From Nitrospirota bacterium (lineage in GTDB: Bacteria > UBA2233): a DNA stretch of 64,000 nt. Positions 19,270 through 27,701 of the stretch are shown piece by piece. How positions within the stretch are numbered: the first letter of the stretch is position 1; the number at the start of each line of letters is the position of its first letter. Where the stretch lies: assembly GCA_011620345.1 (NCBI GenBank), contig WOZJ01000057.1, positions 165,246-229,245 on the forward strand, written 5' to 3'. A program made the translations under genes and the position numbers. The notes under the pieces were generated by a model that saw nothing but the letters and a program-made list of their open reading frames with translations, did not search any database and was not told the DNA's origin.

Positions 19270-19461
19270 ATGAAACGCCTTCAGATTGGAATCCTAAGCA
19301 TTGCCGTACTCTGCGGCTTCGGGATGTTTTTGGGCTCGCAGGCCTTTGCTTCAGGCGGGCTGACGGTTACCGGGTGTCCTTGCCATGGGGCCATGAAAAC
19401 TCAGGTTCAGCAGCCGAGCATGGATGGCCTGCTCAAGGCTCTCCTTGGAAACGCCAAGTAG
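19270..19461 (+). CDS. Secreted mini-protein with CPCH (CxCH) motif
   Basis: SD AGGAGGT; signal ending AFA; GCPCHG; tail DGLLKALLGNAK. Confidence 0.8.
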   Translation: MKRLQIGILSIAVLCGFGMFLGSQAFASGGLTVTGCPCHGAMKTQVQQPSMDGLLKALLGNAK

Positions 19462-19492
19462 CGGGAAATAAACCATAAAGGGAGGAGACGGC

Positions 19493-19774
19493 ATGTCGAG
19501 CAAAAAGGCTATTGCAATAGGAGTAATGGCGGGCCTGATGGGGAGTGCGGCGTTAGCTAGCAACGCGTTTGCCATTGCGCAGACCGGGCTTCTGGGTACG
19601 CTCTCCGGTCCACTCATGCAACCTTTGGTTGCCTGGGGTTGTGCACACACTTGCCACGAGAGCGAGGTTTTCCCGGATGTCGTTGCCCATAACGCTGGCC
19701 TTTTGAAGGCCCCGGTCAGCGGCCAGGCCTCTCAAGAAGCTCTCCTAAAAGCGCTTCTTGGGCAAGCACAATAA
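19493..19774 (+). CDS. Secreted mini-protein with CAHTCH (CX3CH) motif
   Basis: SD GGAGGAG; signal ending AFA; tail EALLKALLGQAQ. Confidence 0.8.
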   Translation: MSSKKAIAIGVMAGLMGSAALASNAFAIAQTGLLGTLSGPLMQPLVAWGCAHTCHESEVFPDVVAHNAGLLKAPVSGQASQEALLKALLGQAQ

Positions 19775-19799
19775 ATACAAACCAAGAAGGGGTAGGAGC

Positions 19800-20084
19800 A
19801 TGAAAAAGCTTGGACGTTTATCCATTGCCGGTATTTTAGGAGTAGGGCTAATGGCCACTCCTTTGTGGGCTTCGGGAACGGTAAGGCCGTTGCAGTCCGT
19901 AGGTAACATCTGCGGGCTCTACATGTGTCATCCGATGATTGAATCCGTAACCTCATTGGGAGGAAACGTTTTGGGTTCTATGGGACTTTTCTCCATGCTC
20001 GAAAACTGGGAAACAGTCGGCATGGGCTCGCCCTACTACAAGGCAGACGTCCAGCGAACGTTGCGCTATAGCCCAGAGCGTTAG
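19800..20084 (+). CDS. Secreted mini-protein with CGLYMCH (CX4CH) motif
   Basis: Purine-rich SD; signal MKKLGR...PLWA; last gene before a palindromic terminator. Confidence 0.78.
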   Translation: MKKLGRLSIAGILGVGLMATPLWASGTVRPLQSVGNICGLYMCHPMIESVTSLGGNVLGSMGLFSMLENWETVGMGSPYYKADVQRTLRYSPER

Positions 20085-20118
20085 CCCTGTTTGAGCAAGG
20101 CGTTGTTTGCTCTAAGCC

Positions 20119-20154
20119 AATCAAGCCCTGGCCTTTAAAGGCCAGGGCTTGATT
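20119..20154 (+). terminator. Perfect 36-bp palindrome followed by a T-run; terminator of the mini-protein operon
   Basis: AATCAAGCCCTGGCCTTT|AAAGGCCAGGGCTTGATT then TTT. Confidence 0.8.
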
Positions 20155-20204
20155 TTTAAGGGGTAAAGCTCCGACAGGATAAATTACTTACCCTGTCGTC
20201 CTTA

Positions 20205-20393
20205 CTACTGAACCTTCGGCGCTGTGGGAGCTCCACTCTTGGGCGGGCACTTGGCAATTTTGTCATCACCGTGGCATTTCCCGGCGCATCCAGGCTTGGC
20301 TTGCGGACACATGGCAGGGCGGGCCATCAAGGGGGCGGTGAAAATCCCTAGCGCAACGAGCGCCGCGGACACCCCAAAAACTGTGCGCTTCAT
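20205..20393 (-). CDS. Secreted Cys-rich mini-protein, paralog 3
   Basis: SD AGGAGGAG; signal ending LMA; RPAMCPQAKPGCAGKCHGDDKIAKCP; tandem TAG TAA stops. Confidence 0.85.
   Translation of the reverse strand: MKRTVFGVSAALVALGIFTAPLMARPAMCPQAKPGCAGKCHGDDKIAKCPPKSGAPTAPKVQ
20208..20279 (-). repeat. 72-bp direct repeat, copy 2
   Basis: Matches 18554-18625 with 3 synonymous differences. Confidence 0.9.
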
Positions 20394-20466
20394 AAAGCTC
20401 CTCCTTTTCGTTTGTGTTGCCGGCTTTCATTGAAGCCTTGCATGCTAAGCGCAACATGCGCTCCAA

Positions 20467-20475
20467 AGTATACCA
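20467..20475 (-). promoter_or_regulatory. Extended -10 element TGGTATACT upstream of paralog 3
   Basis: Same 9-mer and same spacing to the ATG as at paralog 1. Confidence 0.6.
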
Positions 20476-20757
20476 AAAAAATTGAGAACATATACTCCAT
20501 CAACGGCGCCCTTGCGTGTCTCGGGCTATGCATCCATCAGGAAGCCGTACTGCACCTGTCGGCAGGAGTCTTGGTATCGAGCATGCCAGGTATAGGCTTT
20601 GATCGTAGAGTCAGCCCTTAATGGATGGTATCGAAAGCGTTCATGGTGTGCTTTTACTCAGAAACTATGGCCACCGGATGATCGTTTGCTGGGATTTTTT
20701 GGACGCTTCCCCTTCCCGTAGCCTTGGGATTGGACTATAGTAAAAGAAACAACTTGA

Positions 20758-22251
20758 GTGAGGCGTTTTGTGGAGGGAAACGAGAGGTATCCTGTAGCGC
20801 TTACCTTTGATGATATCTTGCTTCTGCCGGGAGAATCGGACTTTGTTCCTGCAGAAGCCGACGTGCGCACAAGGGTTTCCAGGGCTATTCCGCTCCATAT
20901 CCCCGTCCTTTCGGCCGCGATGGATACCGTGACCGAGGCGGCAACGGCTATTGCGATGGCCAAGGAGGGTGGGCTTGGCATTATCCACAGGAACATGCCG
21001 ATCGATAGGCAGGCCAAGGAGGTGGAGCGGGTCAAAAAGTCCGAATCGTGGATGATCGTCGACCCGGTTACGCTCAAGCCTGAAGCAACACTCTTAGAGG
21101 CGATCGAGATCATGGACCGCCACAAGATCTCGGGTGTACCAGTGACCCGCTCCGGGAAGTTAGTGGGGATTCTTACCCATAGAGACCTACGCTTTGTGCG
21201 CGACCTGGACCGTCCAGTCGATACAGCAATGACCAAGGATGTGGTTAGCGCCAACGAGGCTACCACGCTAGAGCAGGCGATGGATATTCTACAGGCGCAC
21301 AAAGTGGAAAAACTTCCCGTTGTAGACCCTCAGGGCAATTTAAAGGGCTTGATTACGGCCAAGGACATTCAAAAGGCGAAAGAGGCACCGTTTGCGCTAA
21401 AAGATGCATTCGGAAGGTTACGGGTGGGGGCGGCCGTAGGCGTGGGAGATATTGCCATCGAGAGGGCCCAGGCCGTGATTAAGGCAGGTTGCGACATGGT
21501 TGCGATCGATACGGCGCATGGCCACTCCAAGGCCGTTCGCGATACCCTCATGCAAATCAAGCGCTCTTTCCCGAAAGTTCCAGTTCTTGCGGGTAACGTA
21601 GCGACGTCCGAAGGGGCGAGGTTTTTGATCGAGGCTGGCGCGGATGCGATCAAGGTGGGCGTAGGCCCTGGTTCGATTTGCACAACCCGTGTCATTGCGG
21701 GCGTTGGCGTCCCGCAGTTGAGCGCAGTGCTCGCGTGCGCGAAGGTAACGCGGGATGCAGGGGTGCCGCTGATCGCGGACGGAGGGATCAAATACTCTGG
21801 CGATGTGATCAAGGCGTTGGCCGCGGGTGCAGACGCCGTAATGATTGGCAATTTGTTCGCCGGTACGGACGAAAGCCCCGGAGATTTAGTTCTTTATCGG
21901 GGAAGGGCCTACAAAGTCTACAGGGGAATGGGCTCGATCGAGGCCATGAAAGAAGGCTCGGCGGACAGGTATTTCCAGGCTTCAGGGCCATCCGATCAGG
22001 CCAAGTTTGTCCCAGAGGGGATTGAAGGGCGCGTTCCGCTTAGAGGGCCCCTCAAGTTTGTCCTTCAGCAGCTTGTGGGAGGGCTTAAATCTGGAATGGG
22101 CTACGTGGGGGCAAGGACGCTCGACGAGCTAAGGCGCAAAGCAAAAATGGTTCGTATTTCTCCCCAAGGGCTAAGGGAGAGCCACGTCCACGACGTGGTC
22201 GTCACGCGCGAGGCCCCGAACTACCCTCTTTCCGAATCAATGCTTGATTAG
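20758..22251 (+). CDS. guaB: IMP dehydrogenase
   Basis: [16 protein letters not shown] pair, [17 protein letters not shown]. Confidence 0.98.
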   Translation: MRRFVEGNERYPVALTFDDILLLPGESDFVPAEADVRTRVSRAIPLHIPVLSAAMDTVTEAATAIAMAKEGGLGIIHRNMPIDRQAKEVERVKKSESWMIVDPVTLKPEATLLEAIEIMDRHKISGVPVTRSGKLVGILTHRDLRFVRDLDRPVDTAMTKDVVSANEATTLEQAMDILQAHKVEKLPVVDPQGNLKGLITAKDIQKAKEAPFALKDAFGRLRVGAAVGVGDIAIERAQAVIKAGCDMVAIDTAHGHSKAVRDTLMQIKRSFPKVPVLAGNVATSEGARFLIEAGADAIKVGVGPGSICTTRVIAGVGVPQLSAVLACAKVTRDAGVPLIADGGIKYSGDVIKALAAGADAVMIGNLFAGTDESPGDLVLYRGRAYKVYRGMGSIEAMKEGSADRYFQASGPSDQAKFVPEGIEGRVPLRGPLKFVLQQLVGGLKSGMGYVGARTLDELRRKAKMVRISPQGLRESHVHDVVVTREAPNYPLSESMLD

Positions 22252-22254
22252 CCG

Positions 22255-23808
22255 ATGGAAAAAATTCTTATTGTAGACTTCGGGTCTCAGTATACCCAGT
22301 TGATCGCGCGTGCCGTTCGGGAAGTCGGAGTATTTTCCGAGATCATCCCCGTCTTGGCGCTTCAAGAATCAACTGTGGAGGCGCTCAAGAATCAAGGGGT
22401 CATCGGGGTGGTCCTCTCGGGAGGACCCTCGAGCGTGTACGAGAATAAGAACGAAGCGCTTGGCCGCCAGGTCACGCGCTTGGTCGGGGAAGTCCCCATC
22501 CTTGGCATCTGCTTTGGCTACCAGCTGCTCGTGAGTTTACTCGGTGGCGAGGTCAAACAGGGCTTGGTTCGTGAGTATGGACCTGCAAACGTGAAGGTGG
22601 ATGCCCCGAAAGGGCCATTTCGCACCTTTTTGCCCGGAGAAACCCTGCGAGTTTGGATGAGCCACGGAGACGTCATCGCTTCATTGCCCGATGGCTTCCA
22701 GCCCTTCGCCCACTCGGAGTTTGTCCCGTTTGCCGCTTCGGGAAACCCCATGCTCCATGCCTACGGCGTTCAATTTCACCCTGAGGTGTGGCACACCAAA
22801 GAGGGGTCAAAAATTCTCGAGAGTTTTCTTCTCGACATTTGCAATGCTTCGAGAGATTGGCAAACCGAACAAATCTTGGAGCTCCTTTCTAAAGACATTC
22901 AAGCCAGGACCAAAGGCCGAGAGATACTCCTTGCGCTTTCCGGCGGGGTGGATTCAAGCGTTATGGGGGTGCTCCTGAAGCGCATGGTCGGCGAACGCCT
23001 CCATAGTTTTCTCGTGGATACCGGGCTTTTGAGAGAGGGGGAGCCAGAAAGCACGCTCAAGCTGCTTGAACCGCTCGGGCTGAATGTCCATGTCGTGGAT
23101 GCCAAGGACAAGTTTATGGAAGCGCTCGAGGGCATAAGCGACCCGGAGCTCAAGCGCAAGCGTATCGGAGGCCTATTCATCGATCTTTTGAGAGAAGAAG
23201 CGCGTAACATAGGGTTCCCCGAGCTTCTTGCGCAAGGAACGCTCTACCCGGACGTGATCGAATCCATGCCCGTAGTTGGCCCTTCGGATACGATCAAATC
23301 CCACCATAACGTGGGCGGGTTGCCCAAAGACATGCCGTTCGAGCTCTTGGAGCCCTTCCGCATGCTCTTTAAAGACGAAGTTCGGCGAATCGGAGAGGCG
23401 CTAGGGATACCAGAAGAGGTCGTTTGGAAAGAGCCCTTCCCTGGTCCTGGGCTCGCTGTGCGTATCCTTGGACCGGTAGACGAGGCTAGCGTAAAAACCG
23501 TCAGGAAGGCGGACGCGATCGTCATGGAAGAGGTATCGAGGTCCGGGATTGGCCGGAGCCTATGGCAGGCCTTTGCCGTTTTGTTGCCAGTGAAGTCGGT
23601 CGGCGTTAAGGGCGACAAGCGCTCGTACGAGAACACCGTTGTCCTTCGTGCCGTCGAGAGCCGCGACGGGATGACTGCCGGCGTGGCCAAGCTTCCTTAC
23701 GAGTTGTTGGAGCGCATCGCCCACCGCATCGTGAACGAAGTGGAAGGTGTGAACAGGGTTGCTTACGACATTACCTCAAAGCCCCCTGCCACGATCGAGT
23801 GGGAGTAA
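22255..23808 (+). CDS. guaA: GMP synthase (glutamine-hydrolysing)
   Basis: DFGSQYTQLI, LGICFG, QFHPE, SGGVDS, IKSHHNVGG, KPPATIEWE. Confidence 0.98.
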   Translation: MEKILIVDFGSQYTQLIARAVREVGVFSEIIPVLALQESTVEALKNQGVIGVVLSGGPSSVYENKNEALGRQVTRLVGEVPILGICFGYQLLVSLLGGEVKQGLVREYGPANVKVDAPKGPFRTFLPGETLRVWMSHGDVIASLPDGFQPFAHSEFVPFAASGNPMLHAYGVQFHPEVWHTKEGSKILESFLLDICNASRDWQTEQILELLSKDIQARTKGREILLALSGGVDSSVMGVLLKRMVGERLHSFLVDTGLLREGEPESTLKLLEPLGLNVHVVDAKDKFMEALEGISDPELKRKRIGGLFIDLLREEARNIGFPELLAQGTLYPDVIESMPVVGPSDTIKSHHNVGGLPKDMPFELLEPFRMLFKDEVRRIGEALGIPEEVVWKEPFPGPGLAVRILGPVDEASVKTVRKADAIVMEEVSRSGIGRSLWQAFAVLLPVKSVGVKGDKRSYENTVVLRAVESRDGMTAGVAKLPYELLERIAHRIVNEVEGVNRVAYDITSKPPATIEWE

Positions 23809-23810
23809 GC

Positions 23811-24200
23811 ATGGAGCCCAATCAAGGCGGATGCCACTGTGCTGCCGTGCGGTTTGAGATGACGGCCGACATCGAGCCCATTGTAATGTGCAACTGCAGC
23901 ATTTGCACAAAAAAGGGCTATCTTCATCGTATTGTCCCTAAGAATGCGTTTGAGCTGCTTCGCGGGGAAGAATCGCTCGCTTGTTATACGTTTGGCACGA
24001 AGGTCGCAAGGCACATCTTCTGCAAGCACTGCGGCGTGGCGGCGTTCTACATTCCGCGTTCGCATCCGGACTGTATCGACGTGAACGTTCGGTGCCTGGA
24101 CCGTTTCGATCCGGCCGTTCATCTGCCGTCCGTTCACTTCGACGGCAAGCACTGGGAAGACGCCGTCCAGACATTCAAAGAAAAGCTCTATACGTCCTAA
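23811..24200 (+). CDS. GFA/CENP-V family zinc-binding protein
   Basis: GGCHC, CNCSIC, FCKHCG motifs. Confidence 0.9.
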   Translation: MEPNQGGCHCAAVRFEMTADIEPIVMCNCSICTKKGYLHRIVPKNAFELLRGEESLACYTFGTKVARHIFCKHCGVAAFYIPRSHPDCIDVNVRCLDRFDPAVHLPSVHFDGKHWEDAVQTFKEKLYTS

Positions 24201-24212
24201 CGGAGGAAGCGC

Positions 24213-27200
24213 GTGAATTTAAGCCCCCAAAAGCCCATCGCCCATTTGCACGTGCACACCCAATACAGCCTTTTGGATGGCGCGAGCAAGTTCGACAGGC
24301 TGTTCAACACGCTCAAGGCAAAAGGGGCGTCTGCATGCGCCATTACAGACCACGGCAACCTTTTTGGAGCGGTAGAATTTTTCGAGGCTGCGAACAAGGC
24401 TGGTGTCCAGCCCATCATCGGCTGCGAAGCCTACCTGGCCCCCCTTACGCGTTTTGATAAGACAAAAAGCCTGCCTGGGTTCGAGAAGGACTACCACCTG
24501 ATTCTTTTGGCCAAAGACGCAACGGGCTGGAAAAACCTTTGCAAAATGATTACCAAGGCTTATTTGGAAGGCTATTACGCCAAGCCGAGGATCGACAGAG
24601 AATTGCTTGGGCTCCACCACGAGGGGTTGGTGTGCCTTTCGGCTTGTATGCAAGGGGAGATCCCGTACCTCCTTCGAAACGGACGGGAGAAGGAAGCCCA
24701 CTCGGCCCTTGAATACTACGCCTCTCTTTTCAAAGAAGACTTTTTCGTCGAAATCCAGGCGAACGGCCTTCAGGAGCAGTACGCGCTCAACGAGCAACTC
24801 TACGGGCTTGCTAAGCGTTTTGGTGTAGGGCTTGTAGCCACGAACGACTGCCATTATGTCGCACCCGAGGATGCCAAGGCCCACGACGTCCTTCTGTGCA
24901 TTCAGACAAACCGGAAAGTCTGGGAAGAAGATCGCTTTAAATTCCCGACAGAGGGGCTGTACGTCAAATCGGCGGACGAAGTGCTCGAAGAGGTTGGGTC
25001 GCAGTTTGAAGAAGGGATAACCAACACGCTAGAGGTTGCCTCGCGCTGTCATTTTGACTTCGATTTTACGAAAAAACGCTTCCCCGTTTATAGGCCCAAA
25101 GTAGGCGAAGAGGGAACGGATGCAAAGGCTTTGTTGAGGGTAAAGGCAAAGAAGGGGCTTGAAGAGAAGCTATCAAATCTTGAGCCCCAGAAAAGGTGTG
25201 AGTACGAAAAAAGGCTCGAGCAGGAGCTCGATATTCTTATTGACAAGGGATTTGCGGATTATTTCCTGATCGTCCAAGACTTCACGAACCATGCAAGGTC
25301 CCAAGGGATCGTCGTTGGTCCGGGTAGGGGGTCGGCGGCAGGCTCGCTCGTGAGCTATGCCTTGGGAATCACAAAGATAGACCCAATCCAGCATGGGTTG
25401 CTGTTTGAAAGGTTCTTAAACCCGGAGCGTGTCTCGCTCCCCGATATTGACGTGGATTTTTGCTACGAGAATCGCGAACGTGTCCTCGACTACGTCAAGG
25501 AACGCTACGGCAAGGAGAATGTCTCCCAGATCATTACCTTTGGGACGCTCAAGGCCAAAGCGGCCATCCGTGACGTGGGGAGGGTGCTAGGCCTTAGTTT
25601 TGCCGAGACGGACAAGATCGCCAAGCTGATCCCCGCGCCAAGGCAAGGAAGGGAGTGGCCCCTTGAAGAGGCGCTCAAAATGGAGCCAAAGCTTTCTGAG
25701 CTCTCCGAAAAAGATCCGAGAATCAAGGAGCTTTTGAGTTATGCGCTCGTCTTGGAAGACCAGGTCAGGCATGCTTCGACTCATGCCGCAGGCGTAGTGA
25801 TCTCTGGCGAGCCTCTCGATGACTACGTCCCCTTGTTTAAGCTGCCAGACGGCAATATAACGACACAGTTCTCGATGAAGTACGTCGAAAAGCTGGGCTA
25901 TATCAAGTTTGACTTTTTGGGGCTCAAGACGCTTACGCTGCTGGACACGGCGAAAGGGTTAATCCAGAAAGCTCGAGGCATCACGCTCGATTTGGACCAT
26001 CTCCCTTTTGATTGTCCGGAGGTGTACGCACTTCTTGCCAAGGGGGATACGACGGGCGTGTTCCAGCTCGAAAGCCAAGGGATGCGGGATTTGCTCGTTC
26101 GTTTAAAGCCCGGTGTCTTCGAAGATCTTGTTGCCGTGTTGGCACTGTTTCGTCCAGGACCTTTGGGCTCTGGCATGGTTGACGATTTTATCGAACGCAA
26201 GCATGGGCTTAAGCAAGTGAGCTACCCCCTCCCCGAGCTGGAGGGCATACTAAAAGAGACGTATGGCGTGATTCTTTACCAAGAGCAGGTCATGCAGATC
26301 GCAAGCAGGCTTGCCGATTATAGCCTTGGCGAGGCAGATTTGCTCAGGCGGGCGATGGGGAAGAAAGACCCGAGGGAAATGGCCCGGCAAAAAGAGCGTT
26401 TCTTGTCCGGGGCGGCAAAAAAAGGGGTGGATCATTCAAAGGCACAGGATATTTTTGCGCTTATGGAGAAGTTTGCGGATTACGGGTTCAACAAATCTCA
26501 TAGCGCGGCCTATGCCTACATCTCCTACCAGTGTGCCTATGTGAAGGCCAATTTTCCAAAGGAATGGATGGCGGCAATTCTCTCGATCGACATGGGAGAT
26601 ATGGATAAAATTCTCAAAGATATCTACGCCTGCAAGGAAATGGAAATCGCCGTTTTGCCGCCGCACGTGAACTCAAGCGACACGTCGTTCACGGTCACGG
26701 AGGAAGGAATTCGTTTTGGCCTCCTGGCGATTAAGAACGTCGGCGAGAAGGCTGTGCAGCAAATTCTTCAAGAGCGCAAAGCAAACGGGCCCTTTAGGGA
26801 CATTGCCGAGTTTGTCTCAAGGGTTACGAGTCCGTTGGTCAACAAGCGAGTGATCGAGAGCCTGATTAAGTCTGGTGCGCTCGATGGCCTGGGGCCCTTT
26901 AGGAAGGCAATGTTTGAGCGTCTTGACGTGCTCCTGAGCAAGGCGAACAAGCGCGCAACTAAGCGCCAGTCCAGAGACTTGTTTGGAGGCTTGGGCGTAC
27001 CTGAACCGCACGCTTTTGATACAAATGTTGACGGAGACCCTTCTGAATGGCCGGACGAAGAAAGGCTTGCTTTCGAGAGGGAAACCACCGGGTTTTACTT
27101 GAGCGGCCATCCGCTCAAGCCCTATTGGGGAAAGCTTCTTAGGCTCTACGGGGGGAAAGTCGTTCAGATCGAAGCGATGGACGCCTCTGCCGAACCATGG

Positions 27201-27695
27201 GTTGGCGGAGTTGTAACCGCTTTGAGCGTCAAGACGACGAAAAAAGGGGAAAAGTACGCCAATCTAGTTTTGGAAGACTTGCTTACGACATACGCCGTGC
27301 TCGTGTGGCCCGACACATTCCGCCGCTACGACGGTCTTATCCAAAAAGGGGGAAAGCTGATTTTGCGAGGCCATCTCGACGCCCAAGGAGAGGGCTCAAG
27401 GAAGCTCGTGGCCAAGGAAGTTTATGACCTTGAAGTGCACCTAGAAGAGCTTGTTTCACGCTATGGCGTGACGTTGGTCCGGTTGAATGCCGAGCGTATC
27501 ACCAAAGGGGAGCTGTTGCGCTTAAGGGAGTTGTTTTTATCGACGCCCGGAAGCTCACCTGTTCTCTTGTTCTTTGAAAATGGAGAACTCAAAAGGACGC
27601 TCAAGCCTGAAGGCAGACTTCGTGTAGACCCTAGGGCTCTAAAAGCAAAGCTCTCGGACAGATTCGGGAGAACGATCCGGGTGTCGGAGGAGTAG
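24213..27695 (+). CDS. dnaE: DNA polymerase III alpha subunit
   Basis: HLHVHTQYSLLDG PHP domain, GPGRGSAAGS, PDIDVDF, KFDFLGL, YGFNKSH. Confidence 0.98.
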   Translation: MNLSPQKPIAHLHVHTQYSLLDGASKFDRLFNTLKAKGASACAITDHGNLFGAVEFFEAANKAGVQPIIGCEAYLAPLTRFDKTKSLPGFEKDYHLILLAKDATGWKNLCKMITKAYLEGYYAKPRIDRELLGLHHEGLVCLSACMQGEIPYLLRNGREKEAHSALEYYASLFKEDFFVEIQANGLQEQYALNEQLYGLAKRFGVGLVATNDCHYVAPEDAKAHDVLLCIQTNRKVWEEDRFKFPTEGLYVKSADEVLEEVGSQFEEGITNTLEVASRCHFDFDFTKKRFPVYRPKVGEEGTDAKALLRVKAKKGLEEKLSNLEPQKRCEYEKRLEQELDILIDKGFADYFLIVQDFTNHARSQGIVVGPGRGSAAGSLVSYALGITKIDPIQHGLLFERFLNPERVSLPDIDVDFCYENRERVLDYVKERYGKENVSQIITFGTLKAKAAIRDVGRVLGLSFAETDKIAKLIPAPRQGREWPLEEALKMEPKLSELSEKDPRIKELLSYALVLEDQVRHASTHAAGVVISGEPLDDYVPLFKLPDGNITTQFSMKYVEKLGYIKFDFLGLKTLTLLDTAKGLIQKARGITLDLDHLPFDCPEVYALLAKGDTTGVFQLESQGMRDLLVRLKPGVFEDLVAVLALFRPGPLGSGMVDDFIERKHGLKQVSYPLPELEGILKETYGVILYQEQVMQIASRLADYSLGEADLLRRAMGKKDPREMARQKERFLSGAAKKGVDHSKAQDIFALMEKFADYGFNKSHSAAYAYISYQCAYVKANFPKEWMAAILSIDMGDMDKILKDIYACKEMEIAVLPPHVNSSDTSFTVTEEGIRFGLLAIKNVGEKAVQQILQERKANGPFRDIAEFVSRVTSPLVNKRVIESLIKSGALDGLGPFRKAMFERLDVLLSKANKRATKRQSRDLFGGLGVPEPHAFDTNVDGDPSEWPDEERLAFERETTGFYLSGHPLKPYWGKLLRLYGGKVVQIEAMDASAEPWVGGVVTALSVKTTKKGEKYANLVLEDLLTTYAVLVWPDTFRRYDGLIQKGGKLILRGHLDAQGEGSRKLVAKEVYDLEVHLEELVSRYGVTLVRLNAERITKGELLRLRELFLSTPGSSPVLLFFENGELKRTLKPEGRLRVDPRALKAKLSDRFGRTIRVSEE

Positions 27696-27701
27696 GGCGA
27701 G

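Noticed and set aside
18551-20393. Self-contained RiPP cluster (ranthipeptide, bufferin or lanthipeptide)
   Set aside because: No radical SAM, DUF692/MNIO, LanM, YcaO or peptide exporter gene is in the window. It is kept only as an in-trans alternative.
18570-20433. Antisense ORFs 18570-18770(+), 18955-19167(-) and 20224-20433(+) resemble each other
   Set aside because: They are shadows of the real paralogs. They have no SD or signal peptide, and the silent-site pattern fits the opposite strand.
9730-20493. Shared 9-mer AGAACATAT near 9730 and 20485
   Set aside because: Two copies of an AT-rich 9-mer at different distances from the starts is too weak to call an operator.
6672-20757. Cytochrome block as a tRNA-integrated mobile island
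   Set aside because: No integrase or transposase and no duplicated tRNA 3' end was seen. The block lies on the 5' side of tRNA-Leu.
24213-27695. Intein or split in dnaE
   Set aside because: 1160 aa is normal length, the motifs are continuous, and there is no intein signature.
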